In this document: one piece after another, positions 1 through 8,487 of the stretch
Layout of the letters: every line of letters starts with the position of its first letter
How positions within the stretch are numbered: the stretch's first letter is position 1
Origin: an uncultured Pelagibacteraceae bacterium
GTDB lineage: Bacteria; Pseudomonadota; Alphaproteobacteria; Pelagibacterales; Pelagibacteraceae
DNA length: 64,000 bases
NCBI GenBank assembly: GCA_902605995.1
Contig: CACLEQ010000001.1
Span: 5,751-69,750 of the forward strand
Direction: 5' to 3'
The notes under the pieces: generated by a model
Told to the model about the DNA's origin: nothing
Seen by the model: the letters and a program-made list of their open reading frames with translations, nothing else
Databases searched by the model: none
Program-made: the position numbers and the translations under genes

Positions 1-2
1 AA

Positions 3-326
3 ATCTGTAAAACCGAAATTGACTTATATAAAAAAGAAAAGATTCAAGGAATTGACTGGATTGATATTACTAATAATATTTCAGCAGAGAAAGAAACTAA
101 CAAAAATAATAAAGAACTCTTAAGAAGACTTCACATTAAAGATAAGGAAAAAATTATTGCGGGAGCTGAAGCGTTTTTATTTTTATGGAAAAAAATACCA
201 AAATATAGATTCCTTTACAAATTTTTTAGTCTTCCAATAATATTTAATATATTTTCTTATGGATATGAATTTATTGCTTTCTTTTTATATTTAAAAAATA
301 AAAAACTAATTAAAAAAAAATATTAA
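3..326 (+). CDS. Partial (5'-truncated) DCC1/DUF393-like thiol-disulfide oxidoreductase family protein
   Basis: Not in the ORF track. Manual translation of frame +3 gives ICKTEIDLYKKE...IDWIDI...LLRRLHI...IIAGAEAFLFLWKKIPKY..., stop TAA at 324-326. This resembles DUF393 (second Cys of CxxC, 'G.eAf..lw'). Confidence 0.7.
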   Translation: MCKTEIDLYKKEKIQGIDWIDITNNISAEKETNKNNKELLRRLHIKDKEKIIAGAEAFLFLWKKIPKYRFLYKFFSLPIIFNIFSYGYEFIAFFLYLKNKKLIKKKY

Positions 327-599
327 AAACTGACTTAATAAAGACATTGAGGCAATAAACATAACAAGCACTATGGAATACATTAATAAGACAATTTTAT
401 TTTTTTTTCTTCTTAATCTCACAAAATCTTTATCATCTAAATCTGATATGTCCCTGTCTCCTACTACTGGATAATCATAACTGAATCTCCAAGTACTATC
501 TCCTAGTCTTGAGTCCAAATTATTAAAGTAATTTATCCAAGCAATTACATATTTTAAGATTAAATATAAAATTATAAGAAAGATCGTACCAAAAATCAT
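306..599 (-). CDS. Small hypothetical membrane protein (2 predicted TM helices)
   Basis: 97-aa ORF with hydrophobic N- and C-terminal segments; last gene of a minus-strand run. Confidence 0.7.
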   Translation of the reverse strand: MIFGTIFLIILYLILKYVIAWINYFNNLDSRLGDSTWRFSYDYPVVGDRDISDLDDKDFVRLRRKKNKIVLLMYSIVLVMFIASMSLLSQFLIFFFN

Positions 600-629
600 A
601 TTATATAAAAACTGAACATATAATAAAAT

Positions 630-1814
630 TTAATTTTCACTTTTAGCTCTTTTTCTAGCGATAAGTTGCGTTAACGAGTCAACCATCGTGTCTGAAGCTT
701 TAAAAATATCTATATTTTTAAATTCATGAGATACATTTTTTTCAGGATTAGTTTTATCTTCTATTATAATTCCTTCATCTGGAGAATTATCTTTTATATA
801 TATTAAAAGTAACCAATTATCATCCTCAGACTCATCCCACTTAATAAATATTTCTCCATTTTCAAATCTTCTATCAATGCATCTTAAAATAGACATATGC
901 CTTGTGATATATCTCTTGTTGAGTTGAAAAACTAAGCTGCTCGCACTTCTGTAAAAACTTTCCAAAGCAAACTCGATCTTCTGTCTTGCTAAAGTGTATT
1001 CTTTTTCTTTAATTAAAAGAGTTTCTCTATCTTCATCACCTTGAATTTTTACACCTAAGGCTTCGACTCTTTCCTTAATTTTTTGATCTCTAATTATTCT
1101 GTATTTGTCTTTTAATTGTTCTATCCTTTGTTGTAATCCAGCATAGTCTTCTCGTTTCTCTTTTAATGAAATTTTTTCAAGTCTTTCTAATTCTTTTACT
1201 TCTCGAATTCTAAATTTCTCTATTTGTTTATCTAATCTTAATTGTTTTAAAAATTTTTTCTGTCTTTCTGCTTGTTCGATTCTTAAGATAGCCTGTTCTT
1301 TTCTTAGAAATAATTTTATATCTTTTGCTCTTTGTTTTTCTAATCTAGCTTCTTCTTTTAATGCTTGCTCTTTCTGTCTAAGTCTAAGTACCTCATCTTC
1401 TTTTTTTTTATTTGCTAAAGCTATTTTTTCTTTTCTCTCATTTTCTACTTTTTCTATTTTTCTTCTTCTTATTTCATCGGTTTTTAAAATTTTATAATTT
1501 GAAATCGTTTCAGAAACTTTATCAAAGAAACCTTGAATATTTTTCTCAATTTTAGAAAAAAAACTTAAATTAAGTTCTGGTTTTAAAGAAAGCTGAAATT
1601 TAATTAATTTTAAAATAACACTATTTTTTTCAGTATTTTTAACTTTAATTTTTTTTTTTATAATTTTTCTTTTTTGATTATTTTTTCTTAATTTAACAAT
1701 TTTTTTCTTTTTAATATTTTTATTTTTTTTGATAGGTCTCTTAATTTTTTTTTTTTGCTTTATAACAGGCCTTTTTTTGGTTTTTTTTTTCAATTTTTTT
1801 ATTTTTTTTTTCAT
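630..1814 (-). CDS. Hypothetical protein: Lys-rich N-terminal tail, long charged coiled coil, C-terminal globular domain
   Basis: 394-aa ORF; K/R-rich N-terminus, E/K/R-rich helical middle, mixed alpha/beta C-terminus. Confidence 0.8.
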   Translation of the reverse strand: MKKKIKKLKKKTKKRPVIKQKKKIKRPIKKNKNIKKKKIVKLRKNNQKRKIIKKKIKVKNTEKNSVILKLIKFQLSLKPELNLSFFSKIEKNIQGFFDKVSETISNYKILKTDEIRRRKIEKVENERKEKIALANKKKEDEVLRLRQKEQALKEEARLEKQRAKDIKLFLRKEQAILRIEQAERQKKFLKQLRLDKQIEKFRIREVKELERLEKISLKEKREDYAGLQQRIEQLKDKYRIIRDQKIKERVEALGVKIQGDEDRETLLIKEKEYTLARQKIEFALESFYRSASSLVFQLNKRYITRHMSILRCIDRRFENGEIFIKWDESEDDNWLLLIYIKDNSPDEGIIIEDKTNPEKNVSHEFKNIDIFKASDTMVDSLTQLIARKRAKSEN

Positions 1815-1843
1815 CTGTGAGAAAAAGATACCCTATCAATTTT

Positions 1844-3031
1844 TTATTGATAAATATAGTCTCTAGTCACTGGGGTTGATTTGTAATTTTTGGTAAGTTG
1901 AAATTGATATACAACTTGATCTCCCCACTTAAACGACATTTCACAACCAGCAAGATAAAATTCCCACATTCTAAAAAATTTTTCATCAAACATTTGAACG
2001 ATTTTATCTTTATTCCTTATACAATTTTCTTTCCAGTGTCTTAAAGTGTGAGAATAATGAAGTCTTAGAACCTCAATATCATTAACAATTAGCCCAGCTT
2101 TTTCAATAGGATTAGTAACTTCGCTCAAACTTGGAGTATACCCACCCGGAAAAATATATTTTGTAATCCAAGGATGAGGGTCTCTTGGAGGATTTACCGA
2201 ACCAATAGTGTGTATTAATGAAATGCCATTATCTTTTAGTAATTTTTCTATTTGACAAAAAAATTTTTTATAAAATTTTCTTCCAACATGCTCAAACATT
2301 CCAACACTTACTATCCTGTCAAATTTCTCATTCAATTCTCTATAATCCATTAATTTGAAACTGACTTGATTTTCCAGATTCATCTCTTTAATTTTTTTAT
2401 TAGCATAATTTAATTGTTTCTCTGACAGTGTAATACCTGTAACTTCACATTGGGCGCTTTTCGCAATATCAATTGCGAGCGATCCCCAGCCACTTCCTAT
2501 GTCCAAAACTTTTTGATTTGGTTTTATATTCAATTTTTTAATTATGTGATTTATCTTATTATTTTGAGCTGTTTCTAAACTATCATTTTCGTCCTTAAAA
2601 TAAGCACATGAATATTGTCTTTTAGGATCTAGAAATAAGTCATATAGATCTTCCTTAATATCATAATGATGAGAAACATTCATTTTTGATTTTTTGATAA
2701 AATTAAAATTTGTTAGATATCTATAAGAACCTCTAATTCTATTAATTAAATAACTAAAAAAATTTAATTCTTTCCGACCGAAATTCATCAAAGCTAAATC
2801 TAAGAAATCTGAGAGAGTTCCATTTTCTATAACAATTTCTCCATTTGTATATGCCTCCCCAAAATATAGATCTGGGTGTAATAAAAGTTTAAAATGTAAT
2901 TTTTTATTTAATATCTTTACTTTGATAGAGTTTTTTTCAGGTTTGCCTATTATGTAATTTTTAGAATTAGCATCTATTAATATAAAACCTCCTATCTTAA
3001 AAACTTTATTTAAAAATGTTGCTAATTGCAT
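1844..3031 (-). CDS. cfa: Cyclopropane-fatty-acyl-phospholipid synthase family SAM-dependent methyltransferase
   Basis: Motifs HYD, YSCAYF, VLDIGSGWG, SVGMFEHVG, YIFPGG, WEFYL. Confidence 0.88.
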   Translation of the reverse strand: MQLATFLNKVFKIGGFILIDANSKNYIIGKPEKNSIKVKILNKKLHFKLLLHPDLYFGEAYTNGEIVIENGTLSDFLDLALMNFGRKELNFFSYLINRIRGSYRYLTNFNFIKKSKMNVSHHYDIKEDLYDLFLDPKRQYSCAYFKDENDSLETAQNNKINHIIKKLNIKPNQKVLDIGSGWGSLAIDIAKSAQCEVTGITLSEKQLNYANKKIKEMNLENQVSFKLMDYRELNEKFDRIVSVGMFEHVGRKFYKKFFCQIEKLLKDNGISLIHTIGSVNPPRDPHPWITKYIFPGGYTPSLSEVTNPIEKAGLIVNDIEVLRLHYSHTLRHWKENCIRNKDKIVQMFDEKFFRMWEFYLAGCEMSFKWGDQVVYQFQLTKNYKSTPVTRDYIYQ

Positions 3032-3032
3032 A

Positions 3033-3917
3033 TTAAGCTGCCTCGAAAGATTTAAAATTGAAATTAATATCTTTTAACTCTTCCATTAATCTTTTTTCTT
3101 CAGAGTTACTTAACAATCTTAATGGAGGTAATAAATTTTGATAAATTTTATCTTCTTTTGAATAGAAACTGTGTAATCCAGAAATTAAATTAAAATTATC
3201 AAAAGCTTTTCTTACATCACATAATCTTTTATTATGCGTTTGTGTTTTGTTTGAAAAATAATCATCATAGACTTTTCTAGATAAATTAGCTGTGACATTG
3301 CAAGTTGCAGTTATAATACCAGAACAACCCTTCTCTAAGCCACTTAAAAGTTTTAATTCTGATCCTGGCAAAACTGAAAAGTTTGCTATTTGTATTTTTT
3401 CAAATAAATTGTATGTACTGTCTTTGATACCAACTACTTGGTCTGGAAATCTCCTTACAAGTTCCTCAACACAATGCTCACTAAATCTATAACCACATAA
3501 TTTTTCGAAGTTATAAAGTATGATCTCAATATCGCTCAATTTCTCAACAATTTTTGAGTAAAATGTTTCAACCTCGGAATCTTCATATTTATAATATGCA
3601 GGAGGCATTACTAAAAATTTTTTAAAACCTAAGGATAAAGAAATCTTCATTAAATTTATAGTTTCTCCTAAAGAATTTAAACCTGTTCCAATTAGGTAAT
3701 TATTTTTATATTTGCTTAATGATAATTTATTTAAGAGATCTATTTTCTCTACAATTGGAATTAATTGCGCTTGTCCTGTGCTTCCAAAAATTGCAACTCC
3801 ATGGCATCCTTGTTCAATAAGTTTTTCTGAGTGCAAAATTGTTTTTTCAACGTTTAAACTTAAATCAGCATTTAATATTGACATTCCAGCTGCATATATT
3901 CCTTTTATTTTTGCCAT
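3033..3917 (-). CDS. Dihydrodipicolinate synthase/N-acetylneuraminate lyase family aldolase (probably not DapA itself)
   Basis: GSTG motif, PPAYY, LYN, Schiff-base GIKDS. Confidence 0.85.
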   Translation of the reverse strand: MAKIKGIYAAGMSILNADLSLNVEKTILHSEKLIEQGCHGVAIFGSTGQAQLIPIVEKIDLLNKLSLSKYKNNYLIGTGLNSLGETINLMKISLSLGFKKFLVMPPAYYKYEDSEVETFYSKIVEKLSDIEIILYNFEKLCGYRFSEHCVEELVRRFPDQVVGIKDSTYNLFEKIQIANFSVLPGSELKLLSGLEKGCSGIITATCNVTANLSRKVYDDYFSNKTQTHNKRLCDVRKAFDNFNLISGLHSFYSKEDKIYQNLLPPLRLLSNSEEKRLMEELKDINFNFKSFEAA

Positions 3918-3958
3918 AAATTTTTTTTTATTTTTAGTATAATAGAAAAATTATTTAT

Positions 3959-4885
3959 ATGAAAACTGGAATTTTCTTAAGCTACAAAGGCCTTGGTGCA
4001 AATTTACTTCATCTTAGTTACTGCCATCAAATATCAAAAAAATTTGGCCCCACAACACTCATTACATTAAACCCAAAGTTAAAAGAGGTTTTGGATAAAG
4101 ATCCAAATTTTACAGATATTATATATCTGAATAAATTTTATAAAAAGATTTCAGATATCATAAGTCTATCAAATTTCTTTAAAAAATTAAACTTAGATAA
4201 CATTTATATATTTTATCCGAGTTTAAGATTTTTTTGCGCAGCTAAACTAGCAGGTATAAAAAATGTTTATAATTATCCCTTTTTTAAAAAAAAAAATTTA
4301 CACTTAGTTGAAGCAGCGAAAAGATTTACTGAAAAAAATTTAGGAATTATTGAATGTCCCACTGAAAGTAGAATTAATGTTGATATCGATAAAGTAAATG
4401 ATTTAAAGAAAAATGATCTAAAAAAGATTATTATTGGTATCGGCTCATCAGGACCCACAACAAAATGGGGGAAAAAGAATTATTCATCCTTGATAAAGAA
4501 AATTAAAGAAAATAAAAATTTTTATTTTTATTTGTTATGTGGACCTGATGAAAGTAATGACGCAGAAGAAATTATTGAAGATGTTGGAAAAGAATGTTGT
4601 GAGTCCCTAAGTAACAAAAGTATTAGCGATATTAAAAATTATATATATATAAGTGATATTTATATAGGTAATGATTCTTTTGGACATCACATATCGTCGC
4701 AAATGGGTAAGCCAAGTTTTGTAATCTTATTAGACACTCCAAGAGCTTATACGGACTATAGTATCAATCAAATAAAAATTATTCCACAAAATATTGACTT
4801 GAATAAAATTTCTCATGACTCTAAGTTAAATCCAAATTCTATTTCAGTAGAGATGGTAATGAATGAAATCAAAAAATTCATTTAA
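3959..4885 (+). CDS. Glycosyltransferase family 9 (heptosyltransferase-like), divergent
   Basis: GLG.. N-terminal motif, 'GSSGPTTKWG', 'YIGNDS..HHIS'. Confidence 0.8.
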   Translation: MKTGIFLSYKGLGANLLHLSYCHQISKKFGPTTLITLNPKLKEVLDKDPNFTDIIYLNKFYKKISDIISLSNFFKKLNLDNIYIFYPSLRFFCAAKLAGIKNVYNYPFFKKKNLHLVEAAKRFTEKNLGIIECPTESRINVDIDKVNDLKKNDLKKIIIGIGSSGPTTKWGKKNYSSLIKKIKENKNFYFYLLCGPDESNDAEEIIEDVGKECCESLSNKSISDIKNYIYISDIYIGNDSFGHHISSQMGKPSFVILLDTPRAYTDYSINQIKIIPQNIDLNKISHDSKLNPNSISVEMVMNEIKKFI

Positions 4886-5381
4886 CTTCATTCATTAATA
4901 CATCTCTTGCTTCATTTACAATAGATGACAGTCGTGCAGTTTCTGGTGAAACATCTGGATGTATTTTTTTTTGAATCTTTAAATATGCTTTGTTAATATC
5001 CTCTTTAGTTAATTTTTTTTTTTCATCTAAATTTAATATTTTATATGATTCTGAAACTGAGAGATCTGAAAAGCTCTTTCTATGCGCTTGATTAAATGAA
5101 AATCTACCACTTCTCCTCAAAGTTTGAATTAACCTAAAAAGAGATATCAATTGAAATATGGATAGACCTTTTAATTTTAATAATGCAAGGCTTGCGAGTG
5201 TTAAGGGTAATGTTAATAGAAATTTTCCTCCAATAGCAAATAATACTGCTAAAAATATAAAGCCAATGATCATTAAAAATCTTAGACCTTTAGATATTTT
5301 TTTGGATGAAATATTGCTAATAAATTTCAAGAGAAAATAAAAAATTAACAATATTACTACTGTATAAATTATTATATTCAT
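4878..5381 (-). CDS. Membrane-anchored J-domain co-chaperone (C-terminal short J domain)
   Basis: Hydrophobic N-terminal half; ESYKILNL...KIHPD...VNEARDVL. Confidence 0.85.
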   Translation of the reverse strand: MNIIIYTVVILLIFYFLLKFISNISSKKISKGLRFLMIIGFIFLAVLFAIGGKFLLTLPLTLASLALLKLKGLSIFQLISLFRLIQTLRRSGRFSFNQAHRKSFSDLSVSESYKILNLDEKKKLTKEDINKAYLKIQKKIHPDVSPETARLSSIVNEARDVLMNEVK

Positions 5382-5396
5382 ATAATCCTTCTATCT

Positions 5397-7472
5397 ATGA
5401 AAGTACCACAACTTAGAAAAAAACTGGAAATAAAATCTTGTCACAATATTACGTGGGAAGATAATTATAGCTGGATCCATCAAACTAATATTTTAGAGGT
5501 GCTTAAAGATAAAGATAAGCTTAATCCAGAGGTAAAAGATTATTTAATACAGGAAAATAGTCATACAGAATATCATTTGAAGGATACAAAAAATTTACAA
5601 AAAGAACTTTTTGATGAAATCAAGGGAAGAATAAAACTTGATGATGAGTCTCTTCCATACAAAGACCATACTTATGAATATTGGACCAAGACTACTATTG
5701 AGGGTAATTATTCTATCAAACTCCGAAAAAGAATAAATTCAAATAAGGTAGAGGAAATTTGGAATGGTGATAAAGAAAAAAAAAAATTAGAAGTTGAATA
5801 CTTTGGGGTTGGAGATCTTGAAGTTAGCCATAATGATAAATTCCTTGCATACTCATTGGATATTAAAGGATCAGAATATTACACTATATTTGTAAGAGAA
5901 ATCGAAACTAATAAAATAATTACAAAAGAAATCTATGATACATCAGGAAGTATTACATTTAGTTTAGATGATAAATATATATTTTATTCTAAGTTAGATA
6001 ATAATCATCGAGCAAGAAAAATTTATAGACATAGATTGGGTAATTTAGATAAGAGTGATGATTTAATATTTGAGGAAAAAAGTGAAGCTTTTACAGTAGG
6101 TATAAATTTAAGCTCAGACGAAAAGTATTATTTTATCTCATCTTCAGATCATAATACTTCAGAACAGTACTATTTTGATGTAGATGAGAAAATACCAAAT
6201 CCTAAATTAATTAAAAAAAGACGTAAAGGTATACTTTATTCAATTAATTCGTGGGATAGTAAATTTTATAACCACACTAATGAAGATGCCGAAGATTTTA
6301 AAATTGATATCTCTGATAGTCTTGAAAAACAGAATTGGAGGACTTTTGTAGCGGCTAAAAATGAAGTTTTAATTGGCAGTTGTATGTTCTTAAAAAATTG
6401 GATACTTCGATCAGAGACATCTAATGCATTAGATAAGCTATTTGTAAAAAATATTAATTCGGGCATAGAGGAAGAAATAATCTTTTCAGACGAACCAGTC
6501 TGTGTACCAAACATTTCTTTTAGACAAAAAGATAGAAATACAAATGAAGTGTATATTGGATATTCTTCTCCAAAAACCCCATCAAGGGTTTATTTGTATA
6601 ATTTTTCAACTAAACAAAAAAAATTAGTTAAAGAACAATTAATTCCCTCTGGGCATAATCCTGATGATTACATTGTAGAAAGAGTAGAATTCAAATCTCA
6701 TGATGGAAGATTAGTCCCTTTAACTATAACTAGACATAAAAAAACTAAAATAGATGGATCAGCTGATTTATTGCTTTATGGTTATGGTTCATATGGAAAT
6801 TCAATGAGTCCAAGTTTTTCATCAACAAGATTAAGTTTAATTAATCGAAATATAATTTGGGCAACAGCACATATTAGAGGTGGCATGGAAAAAGGCATGA
6901 AATGGTGGAAAGAGGGAAAATTAATAAACAAAAAGAATACTTTCGAAGATTATATATATGCTGCTAAATATTTGATAGAAAAAAAATATACATCTAAGGG
7001 GAAAATTATAGGTATGGGTGGATCAGCAGGAGGGCTGTTGATGGGAGCCGTCGTTAACAAAGCGCCAGATTTATTCTTAGGTATTATAATGGCAGTTCCA
7101 TTTGTAGACTCACTAACCACAAATCTTGATCATTCTTTGCCTCTGACTGTTGGAGAGTTTGATGAATTTGGAAATGCTAAAGAAAATAAAGATCATTTTG
7201 AATATATATTTTCTTACGCTCCATATAATAATATAAAGAAAATGGACTATCCTCACATGCTAATAACAACGAGTTTAAGTGATAACAGAGTTTTGTTTGA
7301 TGAACCTGCAAAATTTACAGCTAAACTAAGAGACTACAAAACTGATAATAATTTATTACTCTTAAAAACTGAAATGAATGCTGGTCATGGTGGAAAATCT
7401 GGAAGAGATGGTGCGATAGAGGAGATATCGTTAGATTATGCTTTTGCATTAAAGATTGCAAAAAAACTTTAG
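5397..7472 (+). CDS. ptrB: Oligopeptidase B (S9A peptidase)
   Basis: DNYSW, YGYGSYG, HIRGG, catalytic GGSAGG, DNRV, AGHGG. Confidence 0.95.
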   Translation: MKVPQLRKKLEIKSCHNITWEDNYSWIHQTNILEVLKDKDKLNPEVKDYLIQENSHTEYHLKDTKNLQKELFDEIKGRIKLDDESLPYKDHTYEYWTKTTIEGNYSIKLRKRINSNKVEEIWNGDKEKKKLEVEYFGVGDLEVSHNDKFLAYSLDIKGSEYYTIFVREIETNKIITKEIYDTSGSITFSLDDKYIFYSKLDNNHRARKIYRHRLGNLDKSDDLIFEEKSEAFTVGINLSSDEKYYFISSSDHNTSEQYYFDVDEKIPNPKLIKKRRKGILYSINSWDSKFYNHTNEDAEDFKIDISDSLEKQNWRTFVAAKNEVLIGSCMFLKNWILRSETSNALDKLFVKNINSGIEEEIIFSDEPVCVPNISFRQKDRNTNEVYIGYSSPKTPSRVYLYNFSTKQKKLVKEQLIPSGHNPDDYIVERVEFKSHDGRLVPLTITRHKKTKIDGSADLLLYGYGSYGNSMSPSFSSTRLSLINRNIIWATAHIRGGMEKGMKWWKEGKLINKKNTFEDYIYAAKYLIEKKYTSKGKIIGMGGSAGGLLMGAVVNKAPDLFLGIIMAVPFVDSLTTNLDHSLPLTVGEFDEFGNAKENKDHFEYIFSYAPYNNIKKMDYPHMLITTSLSDNRVLFDEPAKFTAKLRDYKTDNNLLLLKTEMNAGHGGKSGRDGAIEEISLDYAFALKIAKKL

Positions 7473-7480
7473 ATTTAAAT

Positions 7481-7508
7481 CTTGAAAATATTTTAAAGAT
7501 TACCATAT
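7481..7508 (+). promoter_or_regulatory. RpoH (sigma-32)-type promoter of the small heat-shock gene
   Basis: CTTGAA (7481-7486), 16-nt spacer, CCATAT (7503-7508), directly upstream of hsp20. Confidence 0.75.
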
Positions 7509-7518
7509 ATAATTAGTC

Positions 7519-7572
7519 AGTCGCCTAATGGGACTTTCAAAATAAAACTTGCTTAACAAAGGAGGAAAGATG
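7519..7572 (+). promoter_or_regulatory. ROSE-like RNA thermometer in the hsp20 5'UTR
   Basis: CUU-G-CUU (7548-7554, contains the ROSE U(U/C)GCU motif) pairs with AAGGAG (7559-7564, the SD) with a bulged G; upstream hairpin AGUC(G)CC-uaau-GGGACU (7519-7535). Confidence 0.65.
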
Positions 7573-8016
7573 ACAAGTAAGGATCTATCTATATTTAACT
7601 CCCTAAGACCGTTTTCAATCGGATTTGACGATATGTTTGATCAATTTGAAAATATGCTAGGGAATGGCACAATGACTATGCAGTCGAACTATCCGCCATA
7701 CAACATTCGAAAAACAGGTAAAGACAATTATGCGATAGAAGTTGCGCTAGCTGGCTTTAATAAAAAGGATGTTGAAGTTGAATTTGAGGATAATTTATTA
7801 ACTGTTAGAACAAAACAAATAAATAAGACTCAAGATCAAAATAAAAATGGTGAAATTATTCATAAGGGTATTTCACAAAGACAATTTGCTAGATCATTTA
7901 CTATTGCAGACGATGTAAAAGTAAATGATGCAGAGCTGAAGGATGGTCTTTTAACAATATCTTGTGAAAGAATAGTGCCAGATCATAAAAAGAAAAAACT
8001 TATAGAAATTAAATAA
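7570..8016 (+). CDS. ibpA: Small heat-shock protein Hsp20/IbpA family
   Basis: IGFD, NYPPYNI, ALAGF, HKGIS.R.F.R.F, L.DGLL. Start moved from 7549 to ATG 7570 because GGAGG lies at 7561-7565. Confidence 0.95.
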   Translation: MTSKDLSIFNSLRPFSIGFDDMFDQFENMLGNGTMTMQSNYPPYNIRKTGKDNYAIEVALAGFNKKDVEVEFEDNLLTVRTKQINKTQDQNKNGEIIHKGISQRQFARSFTIADDVKVNDAELKDGLLTISCERIVPDHKKKKLIEIK

Positions 8017-8026
8017 GTAAACCTTG

Positions 8027-8050
8027 CTTGCGGAGCTTAGTCTCCGCAGG
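8027..8050. terminator. GC-rich hairpin between convergent hsp20 and lipoprotein genes (putative terminator or 3' stabiliser)
   Basis: cttgcggag-cttagt-ctccgcagg; no good U-tract on the + strand. Confidence 0.5.
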
Positions 8051-8054
8051 TAAA

Positions 8055-8360
8055 CTAAAAACAACCATTTGAAACAAATCCTATTACAATAAAATTAGAG
8101 TTAATTTCAAATTTTCTTTCGCAAGGAATTCCATACTTTTTTGTTTTATAAACAAATTCAGTATTCTCTTTTTCATTTTTATAACTTTCATCTGGGTTTC
8201 CTAATGCAACCTTTAGTTCATTGGAAGACTGCCCAATGAATTTTGATAATTTTTTATTTTCTTTTTCAACAATTGCATCGGTTTTTTCTTTGACAGTTTG
8301 ACAGCTCAATAATGTAAAACAAAAAATAATTAGAAGAATTATTAATTTCAAATTTTTCAC
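8055..8360 (-). CDS. Putative lipoprotein
   Basis: Signal peptide with lipobox LLSC; 'LGNPD' resembles SmpA/OmlA-type domains. Confidence 0.75.
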   Translation of the reverse strand: MKNLKLIILLIIFCFTLLSCQTVKEKTDAIVEKENKKLSKFIGQSSNELKVALGNPDESYKNEKENTEFVYKTKKYGIPCERKFEINSNFIVIGFVSNGCF

Positions 8361-8487
8361 TATTTAACATTATCAATTAATTTATGTCATAAATATAAAC
8401 TTCTAAGTTGAATTATGTGAATAAAATCAGTTTTTGTAAGGTAATTTAGTGGAGAATCAAATATCTAAAACATCTACAGGAGGAATA

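Noticed and set aside
1640-1812. Long poly-T runs suggesting a repeat array, phase-variable tract or sequencing artefact
   Set aside because: They are Lys codons of the open 630-1814 frame on the minus strand; no frameshift or regular repeat unit is evident.
8361-8487. Possible purine riboswitch upstream of the NCS2 permease
   Set aside because: No three-way junction or conserved purine-aptamer core sequence visible.
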